The notes under the pieces were generated by a model that did no database searches, was not told the origin of the DNA, and saw nothing but the letters and a program-made list of their open reading frames with translations. DNA of 63,837 nt, filler included, from Vannella sp. (lineage: Eukaryota): assembly GCA_023345925.1 (NCBI GenBank). It is 8 parts of 8 records of this genome, joined end to end, with 100 filler letters (N's around TTAATTAATTAA, not from the genome) between each part and the next. Parts side by side here need not be neighbours in the genome. Positions count along the whole stretch, not along the records: positions 20,070 to 27,894 come from JAJQQN010001126.1; positions 27,995 to 35,588 come from JAJQQN010000458.1; 6 more parts are not named here. The stretch is one strand, 5' to 3'. This document shows positions 21,962-33,143 of this stretch, piece after piece. Position 1 is the stretch's first letter. Each line of letters begins with the position of its first letter. The translations under genes and the position numbers were made by a program.

Positions 21962-24223
21962 TTAGCGAGAACGCTCAGCTTCATATACAGCGGTCAGAGC
22001 TGCAGCTAATTGCTCCTTCTGCATGCCCTTGGTGTGGTGATCCATCAGGGTGTTATCTGTTGACTTGGTGATAGTAACAAGAGGGCGCAAGCTTCCCCTG
22101 GTGGTGAGTGTGGCAGGTGTGCCAGCAGTATCTTTGTAAGTGGGCAAGTTATTGGCCAATGTGCCTGACACAATCAGCACTTCTGGTCGGCTCCAGCCTG
22201 CCACAACACGTTCAAAGTCAGATGGAGACACAGCCACCCACAAACTCCACGTTAATACAACCGGGGAATCATCTGCACCATCCAGTAACAGAGGAATCTC
22301 CAAGAGGCCTCGAATGAAGTGTTTGGGGGTCTTCCCATTGATGAGGCAAAGATCCGCAGAGAGACGATCGCCCTTATTCTTCTCCTCCGAGGCCTGGTAC
22401 TCGTCAGGATGTTCGCAGCCAATCACCAGAGGAATCTCCCCTTTCGTTTTGTTGTGACAGCCCCGGCAGGACCAACCTCCTGACCATACTCCATCAGAGA
22501 CGGGATAAACAGCTTTTCTGTCATTCACTTACCTGACACAAGACCAGGCACGAGGTTATCAAGAGAGATACTGATAGGAGGGCTCCTCAGTGGTATGGCT
22601 TCTGCATCTGCATCTACTTCTGCTTCTGGTGTTGGGATTGGGATTGGCTTTTCATCTACAGCAGGGATGGGTTCTAGTCCACTGGAATCCTCCCTTGGCG
22701 TGCTGAATTCGTCGTCCATGGGAAAGTGTGTGATGTCAGAGGGTATCTTCACCTCTTCTTCAATGGCCTGCACGTCAACCACATTCGCAGCTGTGGTCTT
22801 CAGTCGGTTGATGCGAGCCAGCGTCGCATCTTCCCTCCGTTTACGCGGGGGACTGCTGGAGAGCTGCTCAAAGCTTGAAACGAGCTCGTTGACCCGCGAG
22901 CCTCCCGTATCCGGCGGGATGTCGGTTGAGGCCAGTGGCCTCTCTTTGTCCCTCTCTGCTGCACGTTGGAACAAGCTTTCTATGCGCTGTGATACCTGAG
23001 ATCCATCCTGAGACTTTCTTAGTGTTGGCGAATGCGTTCCTCGCGGTGATCTGAGCTCCAACATCGATCCCGCTGATCCTTTTGCCTCTTCCTCGATCCA
23101 TCCCTCTCTATGAGCCTCCGTCTTAGCATAACTGAGAGAAGCATGTGAAAGAGTCCTCTTCTTGTGTTTGGTGGGCTCCTCTTTCCCTTCAGGTACGTTA
23201 ACAAGAGAACGATTAGCCTGGAAACTCCCGTACGTATCACTGAACCAGGGGCACTGTCGACCTGTCTCAAAGAAGCAGCAATCACTTCTTCTCCTCTAAG
23301 TGAGCTCGCTCCCAAATCTTCCATTGGGTTAAGCGGGATAGAAAGGGTTAAGAGGGGGACATACTGTGGGGATTCTGGGTACTCATCGGACGTGCACTCT
23401 TTCGTACGGACTCAGACCGAGTCCTTGCTTCTGGTGAACTGGTATCTTCTCCTTTCACGTCCGCTACCATCTCTGGAGGCATATCTCTTCCTTTTTCCAG
23501 ATACCAGCTGATAAGAGACCGCCGAAAGGCGCAGTCCCACTTGCGCACGAGAGAGTATGGTGTTGATCCTTCTACATTCACAATAGTGGGGTCAGCTCCC
23601 CATCGCAAGAGCATCTCAGCGCACTCCGCGTTGTTCACGCGAGCAGCAAAGTGAAGAGCCGTGTCCCCGTGGCGGTCTCTTTTGTTACAATCAGCCTTCT
23701 CCTGGATGAGGTAGACCACGTTCTGGAAGCGAGAGTTGCCTGCAGCTTGATGGAGCGGGGTCTGGCCGTGCTTGTTCTCTGCATCGATGAAGGAGCCTTG
23801 CATGATGGTCTTCATGATGCGGTTGTGCTTGACGGGATCATCGCCCTCCCCCAGGCGTACGAAGTAGTGTAAGGGGGTGGCACCCTCGTTTGTGACAGCG
23901 CGGAGGACGGCCCCGTGGCTTAATAACATGTCTGCAATGTCGAGGAAGCCACCTTTACACGCAGCATGAAGGGGAGTCCATCCATTCTTCTCTGTTGCAT
24001 GAACGTTGACCTGTCCATTGAAGCGGTCCTGAAGGAAGTAAGAGACAAGCTCGTCTCTTCCATTCTCGCAGCAAACGTGAAGCGGGGTTTGTCCATACTC
24101 CGCCCCTGTCCTCCTGAGGATGTCCTTCCCAAACTTTTTGATCATCTTGACCACCGTAGCCTTGTCCCCCTTCTCACACCTCCTCAGGAACTCTTCCACA
24201 TCAGCCGCCGCCGCGTTCGGCAT
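21962..24223 (-). CDS. Ankyrin-repeat protein with disordered linker and C-terminal DUF2199-like domain
   Basis: About 5-6 ANK repeats (GQTPLH, GWTPLH, GATPLH, GDTALH). Canonical introns join the three ORF-track pieces in frame. C-terminus has CRGC..LSADLCLING..FIRGLLEIPL..TWSLWV.VS...G.LAN.LP.Y..LRP. Confidence 0.75.
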
Positions 24224-24439
24224 GGCAGAGCTGTGGTGAGGAGCTAATAATGAAACTTATAATAGTTGTGATATAATGAAATAACTGAGATGGGTAAGAA
24301 AGTGTAAAAGGGTGGGTTTGACGGAAATTTTCGGAAACGACTCATTCTGCTTCCTTTTTCTTCCCGCGCGTCTAATGGTGCGTGTCGCTGTTTCTAGCTT
24401 TGGGATCTCGCTGTGGGCAATGCTAATAGGGGCGGAATC

Positions 24440-24643
24440 ATGCAGGAGGCTGTTGATATCAAGTTCGCCCGCGTTACCAAGATCATCGGTCGCACCGGCT
24501 CTCGTGGTGGTGTTACTCAGGTCCGTGTTGAGTTCATGGACGCCTCCAAGCGCTCTATCATCCGCAACGTGAAGGGCCCCGTCCGTGAGGGTGATGTTCT
24601 GACTCTTCTCGAGTCTGAGCGTGAAGCCAGACGTTTGAGATAA
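24440..24643 (+). CDS. RPS28: 40S ribosomal protein S28 (eS28)
   Basis: [53 protein letters not shown]. Confidence 0.98.
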   Translation: MQEAVDIKFARVTKIIGRTGSRGGVTQVRVEFMDASKRSIIRNVKGPVREGDVLTLLESEREARRLR

Positions 24644-24742
24644 ACTCGCCCCAATAAACCCTAACACTAGAACCAGGAGTTGGCGCAGCCCCTCTCCTAC
24701 TCTCGTGATCTGTAATCTCGAAACACAAGTGTACAGTTGGAG

Positions 24743-27307
24743 CTATTTATGCGTGTCCGCGAGGCCCTGGTTGACCTTCTGGCAAGAGATGGGAGGAAAA
24801 TCGTTGCTCAACAGTGTCCCTGACAAGAGGTCCAGAAGTACAACCGCTGATATGCGCCCATTGGGCAAAGAGGGATCGACAATGAGCTCCTTGTCCGAGG
24901 GGAGCTTCGCCAATGCGGAAGAGAGGTAACGGATGGCGGTCACCACTGGGATGGAGCTTTCGGTACTCTCTACCGTGTTATCATCGATCCAAGAGGATAA
25001 AGCGTCAAGTACAGATGCTTTGGTCGCTGGTACAACGTTGCCAGAGAAGGAGAATTGGAGGAGGTGCTTTGACACGGAGAGGAGTTGATCCACAGCCCCA
25101 TTGAAGGTGAGAATAACCTCCCACTCAAGCTGCAGCATTCGATCGGAAGCAGTGCCTTCAAGGAGAATACAAGAGAAGGTTTGGCGCTGCGCTACGGTGA
25201 TGGTGTGACCATGAAAGGAGATGACCACCTCTCTTGATCCTTTCATCGCTTTGGCTTCCTTACAGATGCCAACAAGCTGCTTTTTGATATGAGAAGTAGC
25301 TGGTACAGATATTTCCTTGCAGGTGGCTTTCAGGAGCCGGCCCAGAATGCCTTCCTCGGAAGGAGAGGCCGCATAAGCAGCAAGAAGGTTTCGAGAGGCT
25401 TTGGTGGTACTAGAAGGGTGGTCTAAAGTCAGAAGCTCCTCTTCGCTCATGTCTTTGGGACGTAGAGTGCGCAGAGCTCCACCAAGAGCGTGGATGAGCA
25501 CGCTGGGAGCATTCTTTGCTCGAGAGGGTTCGTAGATTGGTTGGCCTTGCAGGGAGAGTACCTTCACTACGCGTGTGACGCGTCCCATTTCCTTTCCAGA
25601 CAGTAGTTTCGATGCAGGTCGCTTCCAGATGTTGGCGTAAGGGAACTCTGGTGACATATAAGGAGCAAAGAGTCCCAGCAGCTCCTCTTTCTTCTCCTTA
25701 GGGACCGCGTCACCGGTGTACATATCGATCAGACGAAGCTCTGCATCTTCAATCTGCTCCATTTCAGGTCCAAAGGTCATGGAGAGCTCCCACTCGAACT
25801 CCACCCGAACATTCGGTTCTGCGCTGCTCGACTTCTCTCGCTTGCGATGGAGCACTCGCACCTTCTTGATAGGTCTCCTATCCGCTCCATCTTCTTCAGA
25901 ATCAGGCTGAGTCAGCTCTGCTGAAGAGGGGGCGATCGGCATATCACCTCGATCGGGCTTCTTTGTGCTGCCACTCATCTTCCAGTGGAACTTCTTTGAG
26001 TTGGGCGATATCAGGGGAGAGCTGTCTCTGTGCTTCTTACGGCTATCTGCATCCTTTGGAGCAAGGGCCTTGATCGGGGGCGAAATATTCAAGCGACTCT
26101 TCGAGGTACTGCGAGAGAGGGAGTTGATGCTCTCTGGGAGGACAGAGATAGTGCTATTGGTCTTCTTCATGAATCGTTTGGCGCTGGCTATCCGCGAAGG
26201 CGCCAGCCGATTCCCTACGGGTGAGGTTTGAGGGTCCTCCGCTGGGCTATCTGCGCCAGAGTCGTTTCCCTTTGGAGTTGACGACTTTCTTCGGCGGGTA
26301 GTAGGTGACTGGGCATGCAAGAAGATACCTCCTCGTGCACTCTCTGCTCTGACCATTCGAGGGCTCTTGGTCGTGCGATTCTCCTCGAAGAAGAGTTCAA
26401 TCCGCACATACCACGTACCAGCCACATCCTTATAGGGTAGTGCAGGGTATATGTTCATACGAAGATCCATTACAGGAGGGCAGATGATCTCCTGCTGCAC
26501 GCAACGAAGCAAAGCAGCGAGTTTACCATCAGGATTGATCGCCCCGCTCAAGAGGAACTGCTGCAGCTGAGTAGAGATGTCTCCCGCTACTCTGATTAGA
26601 CGTGTGCCTATATATCCGGATTGACTTACTCCGCACGTAGCGAGCGTAGGTGGCAGCGAGGTGGTTGGCGAAGATGTTGACTTTCCCTGAGTAGGACGTC
26701 TGAGAGGAAGTGGAGACAGCACTAGAGGTGATCTTATGTGGTTGTACAGGGCTGTCTGCCTCTTCTGCGTCTTTCTTTGACGTCTGGAGCTCTCGAAAGT
26801 CCAGGCGGGGTTTGTCCTCATCGTCAATATCGGCGGGGCGAGGAAGGCCACCCTCATCGTCATCGTCATCGTCATCATCGTTATCATCAAGCTCAAATAT
26901 GTCCCTTTCATCGTGCGTATCCCCGCGATCACGCTTAGAGGCCTGACGTTCCGTTTGTTTCTCTTCGTGGAGGAGCTGCCGAAGGCGTTCGATCTCCTCG
27001 TGGTCGGTGTGGTCGGGGAAGTAGACTGCTAAGCTCCAAATGATGTCCAGGCAAGTAGCAGAACGAGTCTCCGGCCTGCTCTGCTCTTTATAGATCTAAC
27101 CGCCCGCGAAAGGTCAGCGATACTCGTGAGCATGGTTCTCCGCCTCACCATGCGCTTTGTATTCCCGTCAGCAATCTCAAAGCCTCCTGCTAGACGGGGC
27201 AAGTCTTTGTGTACAGGGAGTTTGTGTAAACCCTTCTCCCAAATGGTCCTAACCTGCTCCAACAACGAGCGCCCATCTGGCCCCAGCGGCGCGAAGCCTT
27301 GGCTCAT
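24743..27307 (-). CDS. Uncharacterised protein with two copies of one domain (resembles the GflB C-terminal-type domain of amoebozoa)
   Basis: Spliced model from MSQGFAPL. The two copies align: IWEKGLHKLPVHKDLPRL / IWKRPASKLLSGKEMGRV; LLRCVQQEIICP / LLKATCKEISVP; EFEWELSMTF / QLEWEVILTF. Confidence 0.6.
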
Positions 27308-27457
27308 CGAACGTCCTAACAATAAATTACATCAGGAATGTTAGCAAATTGCTTGTTATTCCCGGATGGAACAAGATTTGGGAGCGGAAAAGTGGTTGGA
27401 AGTTTCCCACAAAGAAAGTTCCGAACTTTGCAGGGAACATTCCCTTTTGCCTGCCAC

Positions 27458-27894
27458 ATGACTCCGGCTCCTTCTGACGGGAGCCCTTCGATTCAAGGCT
27501 CCCATGAACCTTTGCTTGAGGTCCCTTCGTATCCACACCCTCGCCCTACTGCTACTAGAACGGTGGTTTCAACAAAGTCACCCGTTGCTGGAGTGTCGAT
27601 GGTGGTTCTCGGTTTCTGCGGGTGTTTGTTCTTCCTAATGGGTCTCTCCTCCCTCAATGCCCTCTCTCTTATACCCTCCATTGACACCAGTGCCTACAGG
27701 AGCAACACATTGACTATCAATGGCATGCAGCAAGCGGAACTTGATGGCGTTGTATCTTTCTCCTCTCCCTCGACGAGTCTCATCGAGTGGGATGATAGCA
27801 CTACCCCAGAAGAGCAAGTGGTCATGAAGATGTGTTACACCTCTACCTCCCAGATTCAAGGATGGGCCCAAGTTGGTCTCCCCTACAATATGTT
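27458..27894 (+). CDS. N-terminal fragment of a single-pass membrane protein (cut by contig end)
   Basis: ATG at 27458, hydrophobic segment VAGVSMVVLGFCGCLFFLMGL, frame open to the spacer. Confidence 0.5.
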
Positions 27895-27994
27895 NNNNNN
27901 NNNNNNNNNNNNNNNNNNNNNNNNNNNNNNNNNNNNNNTTAATTAATTAANNNNNNNNNNNNNNNNNNNNNNNNNNNNNNNNNNNNNNNNNNNN
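27895..27994. other. Artificial contig-joining spacer
   Basis: N44-TTAATTAATTAA-N44. Confidence 0.98.
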
Positions 27995-28348
27995 AGTGAG
28001 CGAAGATCTTTGGGGTAGCTAAAGAGCTCACGTTAATCAGCCTCGTTATTCGGCCCTCTCGGACGAACAGAAGGAGGGACAGGGTCACACTAAACGTCAG
28101 GACCCCTACGATGCAATAGAAGAGAGGGATCTGTAGTAGCTGGTCAACAGTCAGTAGCTCTCCTTCTCAGCCAGTCAAGAGCTCTCCTCTCACGATTGCA
28201 CCCCACTCACAACAAGAACGGTACCGAACAAGTAGAAGATCGTGTCAAACACGCTCCACGATATCGTCTTGAGGCTGAGAGGTTCCCCTATCCATTCATC
28301 ATCACCACGCTCAACAGAACAGTCCTCTCGAGAAGGTTCCGGTGGCAT
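27995..28348 (-). CDS. Possible N-terminal fragment of a membrane protein (not in ORF track)
   Basis: MPPEPSRED..VFDTIFYLF joins through a GT..AG intron to GELLTVDQLLQIPLFYCIVGVLTFSVTLSLLLFV, then another donor GTGAGC before the contig end. Confidence 0.35.
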
Positions 28349-28643
28349 TCAAATCACTCAAAGCTCGCAGCAATGAAGAATGACCAGAAACCTCCCAGAC
28401 ACTCTAACACGGAATGTTCCTTCAAACGAAGAGCCCATTCAGAAGGAACTCGACTAGCAGATATAAGAAAGAGAGTCCATCCTCAATTGAACTGATGGCC
28501 TATCGAACAGAAATCTCCTCAAAGTCCTCTTCCTAAAGTTCCCTTTCCCTTGAATATGTTCAGACCTTCAAGGATTAGTTCAACAGGAAAGTGCGTTTTT
28601 CATGAGATTAGAAAGGGGAGAATGGGGTTTATTACAGGGCCAG

Positions 28644-30848
28644 TTAAAAGGTGCCATGGACAGCCTCTCGCATTTTGGTGAGATACTGGCGAGCTTCTTC
28701 CAGTTCCGCCTCCAACTTGGCGATGGCAGCTTGAGCCTCAAATTCTTTTTGGATTTGAGTGGATTGACTTTCTTTGCGGAGACTAGCCATCTCCCTGTCG
28801 TGATCCTGCTCCGCTTCTGCGTCGGCGTCGTCCTTGGCCTGCCGAGCTGTTTCGATGACAAAGTTAGCCGCCCTTCCCATGTTCTTCGCTGCCTCTTCAA
28901 GCTCTTTCTGTTCCTTTGATTCTGTGTCTGCTTTGACTCTCGTGTAGGCGACAATGCGCGCAGTAGAAGTATTAACGCACCGCGCGGCAGCGACAATATC
29001 TTGGAGTCCTGAATCGGGGTTCATCGTGACTTCGTACATTTGTAACGTTGTGTCTTTCATCGAGTTAGCTGCATCTACCATGGCAGTGGTCCATCCTGGA
29101 TCCTTGTAGTAAACAAATGGATCGCCTGCCTTCAAGGCAGTTTGGGAAGCGGCCGCCTTCGCCATGAATTCACATGCCGAATTGCACATGCTTTGGGCAG
29201 CTCCTATCACCGTAACAGTCGCGGGGAATTCCCCTTCCGCTGTATACGAAGCCGTTTCTACTGGCCTAGTCAGCTCTGGAGTAGAATAAGTGATACTCGA
29301 AACACTGAATCTAGCCCCAGCGCTTTCCACCTCGCGGAAGGAAGCATTCACTTGGACCTCTGCATCGACATAGTCCTCACCAAAGTCAAAGTCAGCCACA
29401 TTAAACTGGTTCTCCGTTGGCGGAGGAGCCGATGAATTGACATTCTGAGCGGCAAGAACGAATGAATTGAGAGCGCTGTCTGCTGAGTGGGTTGTCACAG
29501 CTAAACGCTGTTGCAGTTTAGGGTCGTCTTCTTGGCGGGGAATCTGTTTGAGAAGGTCAATCATGTTCGTGGTTGCCGCAGCAAAGCCCTTGGCCGATTC
29601 TAAGAGCCCTTCCATCTGCAAGCGCTTGGCTGGTGTGATAGACGAGGTGCCAGCGAGGTACTCGGGGTCACTGAAGTCGACACCACTCTGGAAAGCGACG
29701 ATACTGGTGCCTTCCAGGAGCTCACACATCAGCTTCGATGCCTGTTGAGAGTAGACTCCCAGCTTCTCTGGTGTCACACACGCGTTGTTGGCTATCGTTC
29801 GGATGGTAGAGGAGAGCACTTGGGCTCGATCTGCCAGGCCAGCTGGCGTCAACGTGACGCTCTCTTCAAGCACCTCTGGTGGTCTTCTGAAGGACTGGTC
29901 AAGAGCGAGCTCAATGTTGCTCTTTGCTTGGTCCATCTCCTCCTGCAAGAAGGCTGTTCCCGCCAAGATCTCGAGCATCTCTCGTACTTGCTCCTGGATG
30001 CCTTGTAGGATCTCAGGTACCTGGCTCTCTGCGTCCTTGTTGTTTGCGGCGATGGTAGCTTCCTCCAGGAGCTCAGCTGTGTCAATGGTAATGTCCCGTG
30101 TCCGGAGGACGATCTCGTCCTGAATAGCGCGATTGGAACAGATGGCAGCAGCAGAGTTAGCTGCATCAACGATAGAAGAGATGATGTACGCTGTCTGACG
30201 AGCGCTGTTGATGCCCATCAAGGTGACGAGGTCGACAACGCGGAGGAGACTTTGGTAGCTATGAGCTAGCATGTCCGAGTAGCTCTTAAAGCCACCAAGA
30301 ACACCCACTCTCTTCGAGTCACGAAGAATAGACTCGATAGACTCCTTCACGTTCTGCTGAGCAAGCTCCAAGTTCGCTTTTCGCGACGCCTTGCGCATGA
30401 GCATCTCTCTTGTCAGCTCTACCTTGGCCTTGGGCACCAACTCACGGAAGATGGCGAGCCACAGGTCTCTCTCTGTTGCTCCTTGAGTGGGGTCCTCGCG
30501 GGCGTTACGGGCGACGTACCTTTCTCGTCCATTGCGGCTAGTAGTACTTGCCCACGGGGCGTTGTGAGGGAGAAGGACCATGTCTTGTCAGCAATGTTAG
30601 CGCCAGAAGCGATCTCCTCAATAGAGGCTACTGGAAACGAGCTGATAGGCTCCTCTTCCTGTAGTTCCGTCAGTCCAACGAGCGCCAGGCTGAAGAGGCG
30701 TTCGTACCGAGTTGCTCTTGTAGCATTGGAGCTTCATCAAGGTGAGCACGTTCCATCTCTTCTTCCACGTACTCAGTGACCCCTGAACCGACTCCTCTCG
30801 GTAAAGCCAGCCTTCCTTGTAGACATGCGGCTTCTCCACCTCACCCAT
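28644..30848 (-). CDS. PH domain + helical bundles + I/LWEQ (talin/HIP1R/Sla2-type actin-binding) domain protein
   Basis: PH domain rebuilt over two introns (YKEGWLYR..WKKRWNVLT...SFSLTTP..LLAA.DEKERDLWL). I/LWEQ motifs YYKDPGW, IVAAARCV..STARIV..RVKAD, EFEAQAAIAKLEAELEEARQYL..MR. Confidence 0.85.
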
Positions 30849-31060
30849 GAGCAATAAAAAGAATAAACTCTGTAAGACATCTCAATTTGGTAGGCCCTGT
30901 TCCCAAGCTGGTTTCGGCAGATTTCAGAGAACAATCGGTGTTTTGCTGATTTTCATTGGTCAGCCTGTTTTCTGGTGTTTAATGCGTTGTGGGCACTTTG
31001 GGCTTTGTTTTAAATCCCATTGTGATTCTTTGGGCTTGGGGTGATTCTTTCGCCGTCCTG

Positions 31061-32482
31061 ATGCTGCGACATGGCGGAACTGCTCTTGGTGGCTTTGCGA
31101 CGAAAGTAGGTGCACTGCGTATACTGGGGGCCTGTTTGTGGCTCATACGGGCCGTTTTGTAGTTTGCTTTACCTTCAGTAGTGTCCCAACGAGGAAACGC
31201 TGTACGTTTAGATGCTTCTTTCCCCCCATCTGTCCGAGGAGGAAGAAAGAGGGAGCTGTGATGGGCAGTGACTGACTTCTCTTGCTGTAGAACATCCCAC
31301 GCCGCACTGCGACGATGATTGAAGGAGACGGTATCGGTCCTGAGATCGCAGCAGCTGTGAAACGTATCTTCGCTGCAGCAAACGCGCCCATTGACTGGGA
31401 GACTGTTGTTGTCTCCACTGCTCATGTCAAACCTGGACAGCCTCTCCTCTCCCAGGAAGTCATCGACTCTGTGAACAAGAACGGCATTGGTCTCAAAGGT
31501 AGGATCCAGCTCTGCCTTTATCCTCCTCCCTAGCTTGTCTGAAGACAATCTATCTGTAAGAGGAGCCTTGCTGACCTCGAGAGTAGGCCCCATTGCTACT
31601 CCCATTGGAAAAGGACACCCTTCACTCAACTTGACCCTCCGCAAGGTACGTTTCACCAAAGCAGGAGCAAGGGATGGGGTTGATAGAAGAGTAGACGTTC
31701 AACTTGTACGCCAACGTCCGCCCAGCTCGCAGCATTCCTGGTTTCAAAACGCGCTACGAGAACGTGGATGTGATCACCATCCGCGAGAATACGGAGGGAG
31801 AGTACTGCGGTATTGAGCACGAGATTGTTCCTGGTATCACACAGAGCCTCAAAGTCATCACTGCTGAGGCTTCCACCCGCGTGGCTGTCCACGCCTTCAA
31901 CGTTGCAGAGCAGCTGGGCCGCACCAAGGTCACTGCAGTGCACAAGGCTAACATCATGTACGTTTTGGCCTCAACTTCAACCCCTGGTCATAGCTGACGT
32001 CCAACAGGAAGCAATCTGATGGCCTCTTCCTCTCTTGCTGCCAGGAGGTCGCTGCTCGCTACCCCCACATCCCCTTTGAGACACAATCACTCGATCAGGT
32101 GTGCCTGAAGCTGGTCCAGGACCCCTCCCAGTTGGATGTGATGGTTCTCCCCAACCTTTACGGAGACATCATCTCCGACCTCTGCGCTGGCTTGATCGGT
32201 GGATTGGGCCTCACACCCAGTGGCAACATCGGAACCGACAGTTCTCTGTTCGAGGCAGTCCACGGAACCGCTCCTGATATCGCTGGAAAGAACTTGGCCA
32301 ACCCCACGGCCCTGCTCTTGTCTGCAACAATGATGTTGCGCCACATTGGCGCCAAGGAGGTTGCTGACCGCATCGATGACGCCACTCTTTCCACCATCCG
32401 CAGTGAGGTGCGCACTGGTGACCTGGGAGGTAAAGCAACTACCACCGAGTTCACTGATGCCATCATCAAGCGTCTGCAGTAG
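31061..32482 (+). CDS. IDH3A: Mitochondrial NAD-dependent isocitrate dehydrogenase, catalytic (alpha) subunit
   Basis: [82 protein letters not shown]. About six introns; the start is inferred. Confidence 0.93.
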
Positions 32483-32575
32483 GTTCCCTCACCCTCTGCA
32501 CTCGATAAAGACCCTTCCGCATCACTTTGTCCTTCCTGTGACCCATAAGGGTGTATTGAGGTTCTCTTCTACTGC

Positions 32576-33097
32576 TCAGGTGCGTTTGGGGCGAGCTACA
32601 AAGGTCCAAGAGGCTTGAAGTGTTTTCTCCATGAAGGTGCTCCCTTGTAGGCCAGCCAGCGCCTCCTCTGCTTCTTCTCGCTTCTCGTACTCCACTAAAG
32701 CGTAGCCTTTCACAAAGCCCGTCCGTCGATCAAGCTGCAACTGGAAGTTCTTGATTGATCCCTGCTCCCTCGTCAGCCCTCTCCAGTCCGCCCCGTCCTT
32801 CGTACGTATTCAGCCAGGCGGTCAAGCACCTCGCTCTCCTCTGCCTCTTCATGTAATCCTGTTAAGAAGATGATCCAACCTTCCACCGCTACAGGGTTAT
32901 CAGTAACACGCCCAAACAAGCACGGGGATCGCACATTTGACTGCTTCCCCCTCGTTCTGCTCGCCATCTACAGTCTCATAGTCACCCTCCATCTGCTCTG
33001 CTGTTGTACTCTTCAATCCTCGCCCTTTCACAGCCTTTGCCAGCCCCTGAGCGTCCTCCATCGGCACCGAGTCATCCAGCAACTCCTCCCCAGCCAT
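32576..33097 (-). CDS. RBM8A: RNA-binding protein 8A / Y14 (exon junction complex)
   Basis: KGRG, VEGWIIFLTGLHEEAEE, LDRRTGFVKGYALVEY. Two introns. Confidence 0.93.
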
Positions 33098-33143
33098 CCC
33101 TCACCGAATGGAATGAAATCTTTCTCATTCTTCACCCTCCTTG

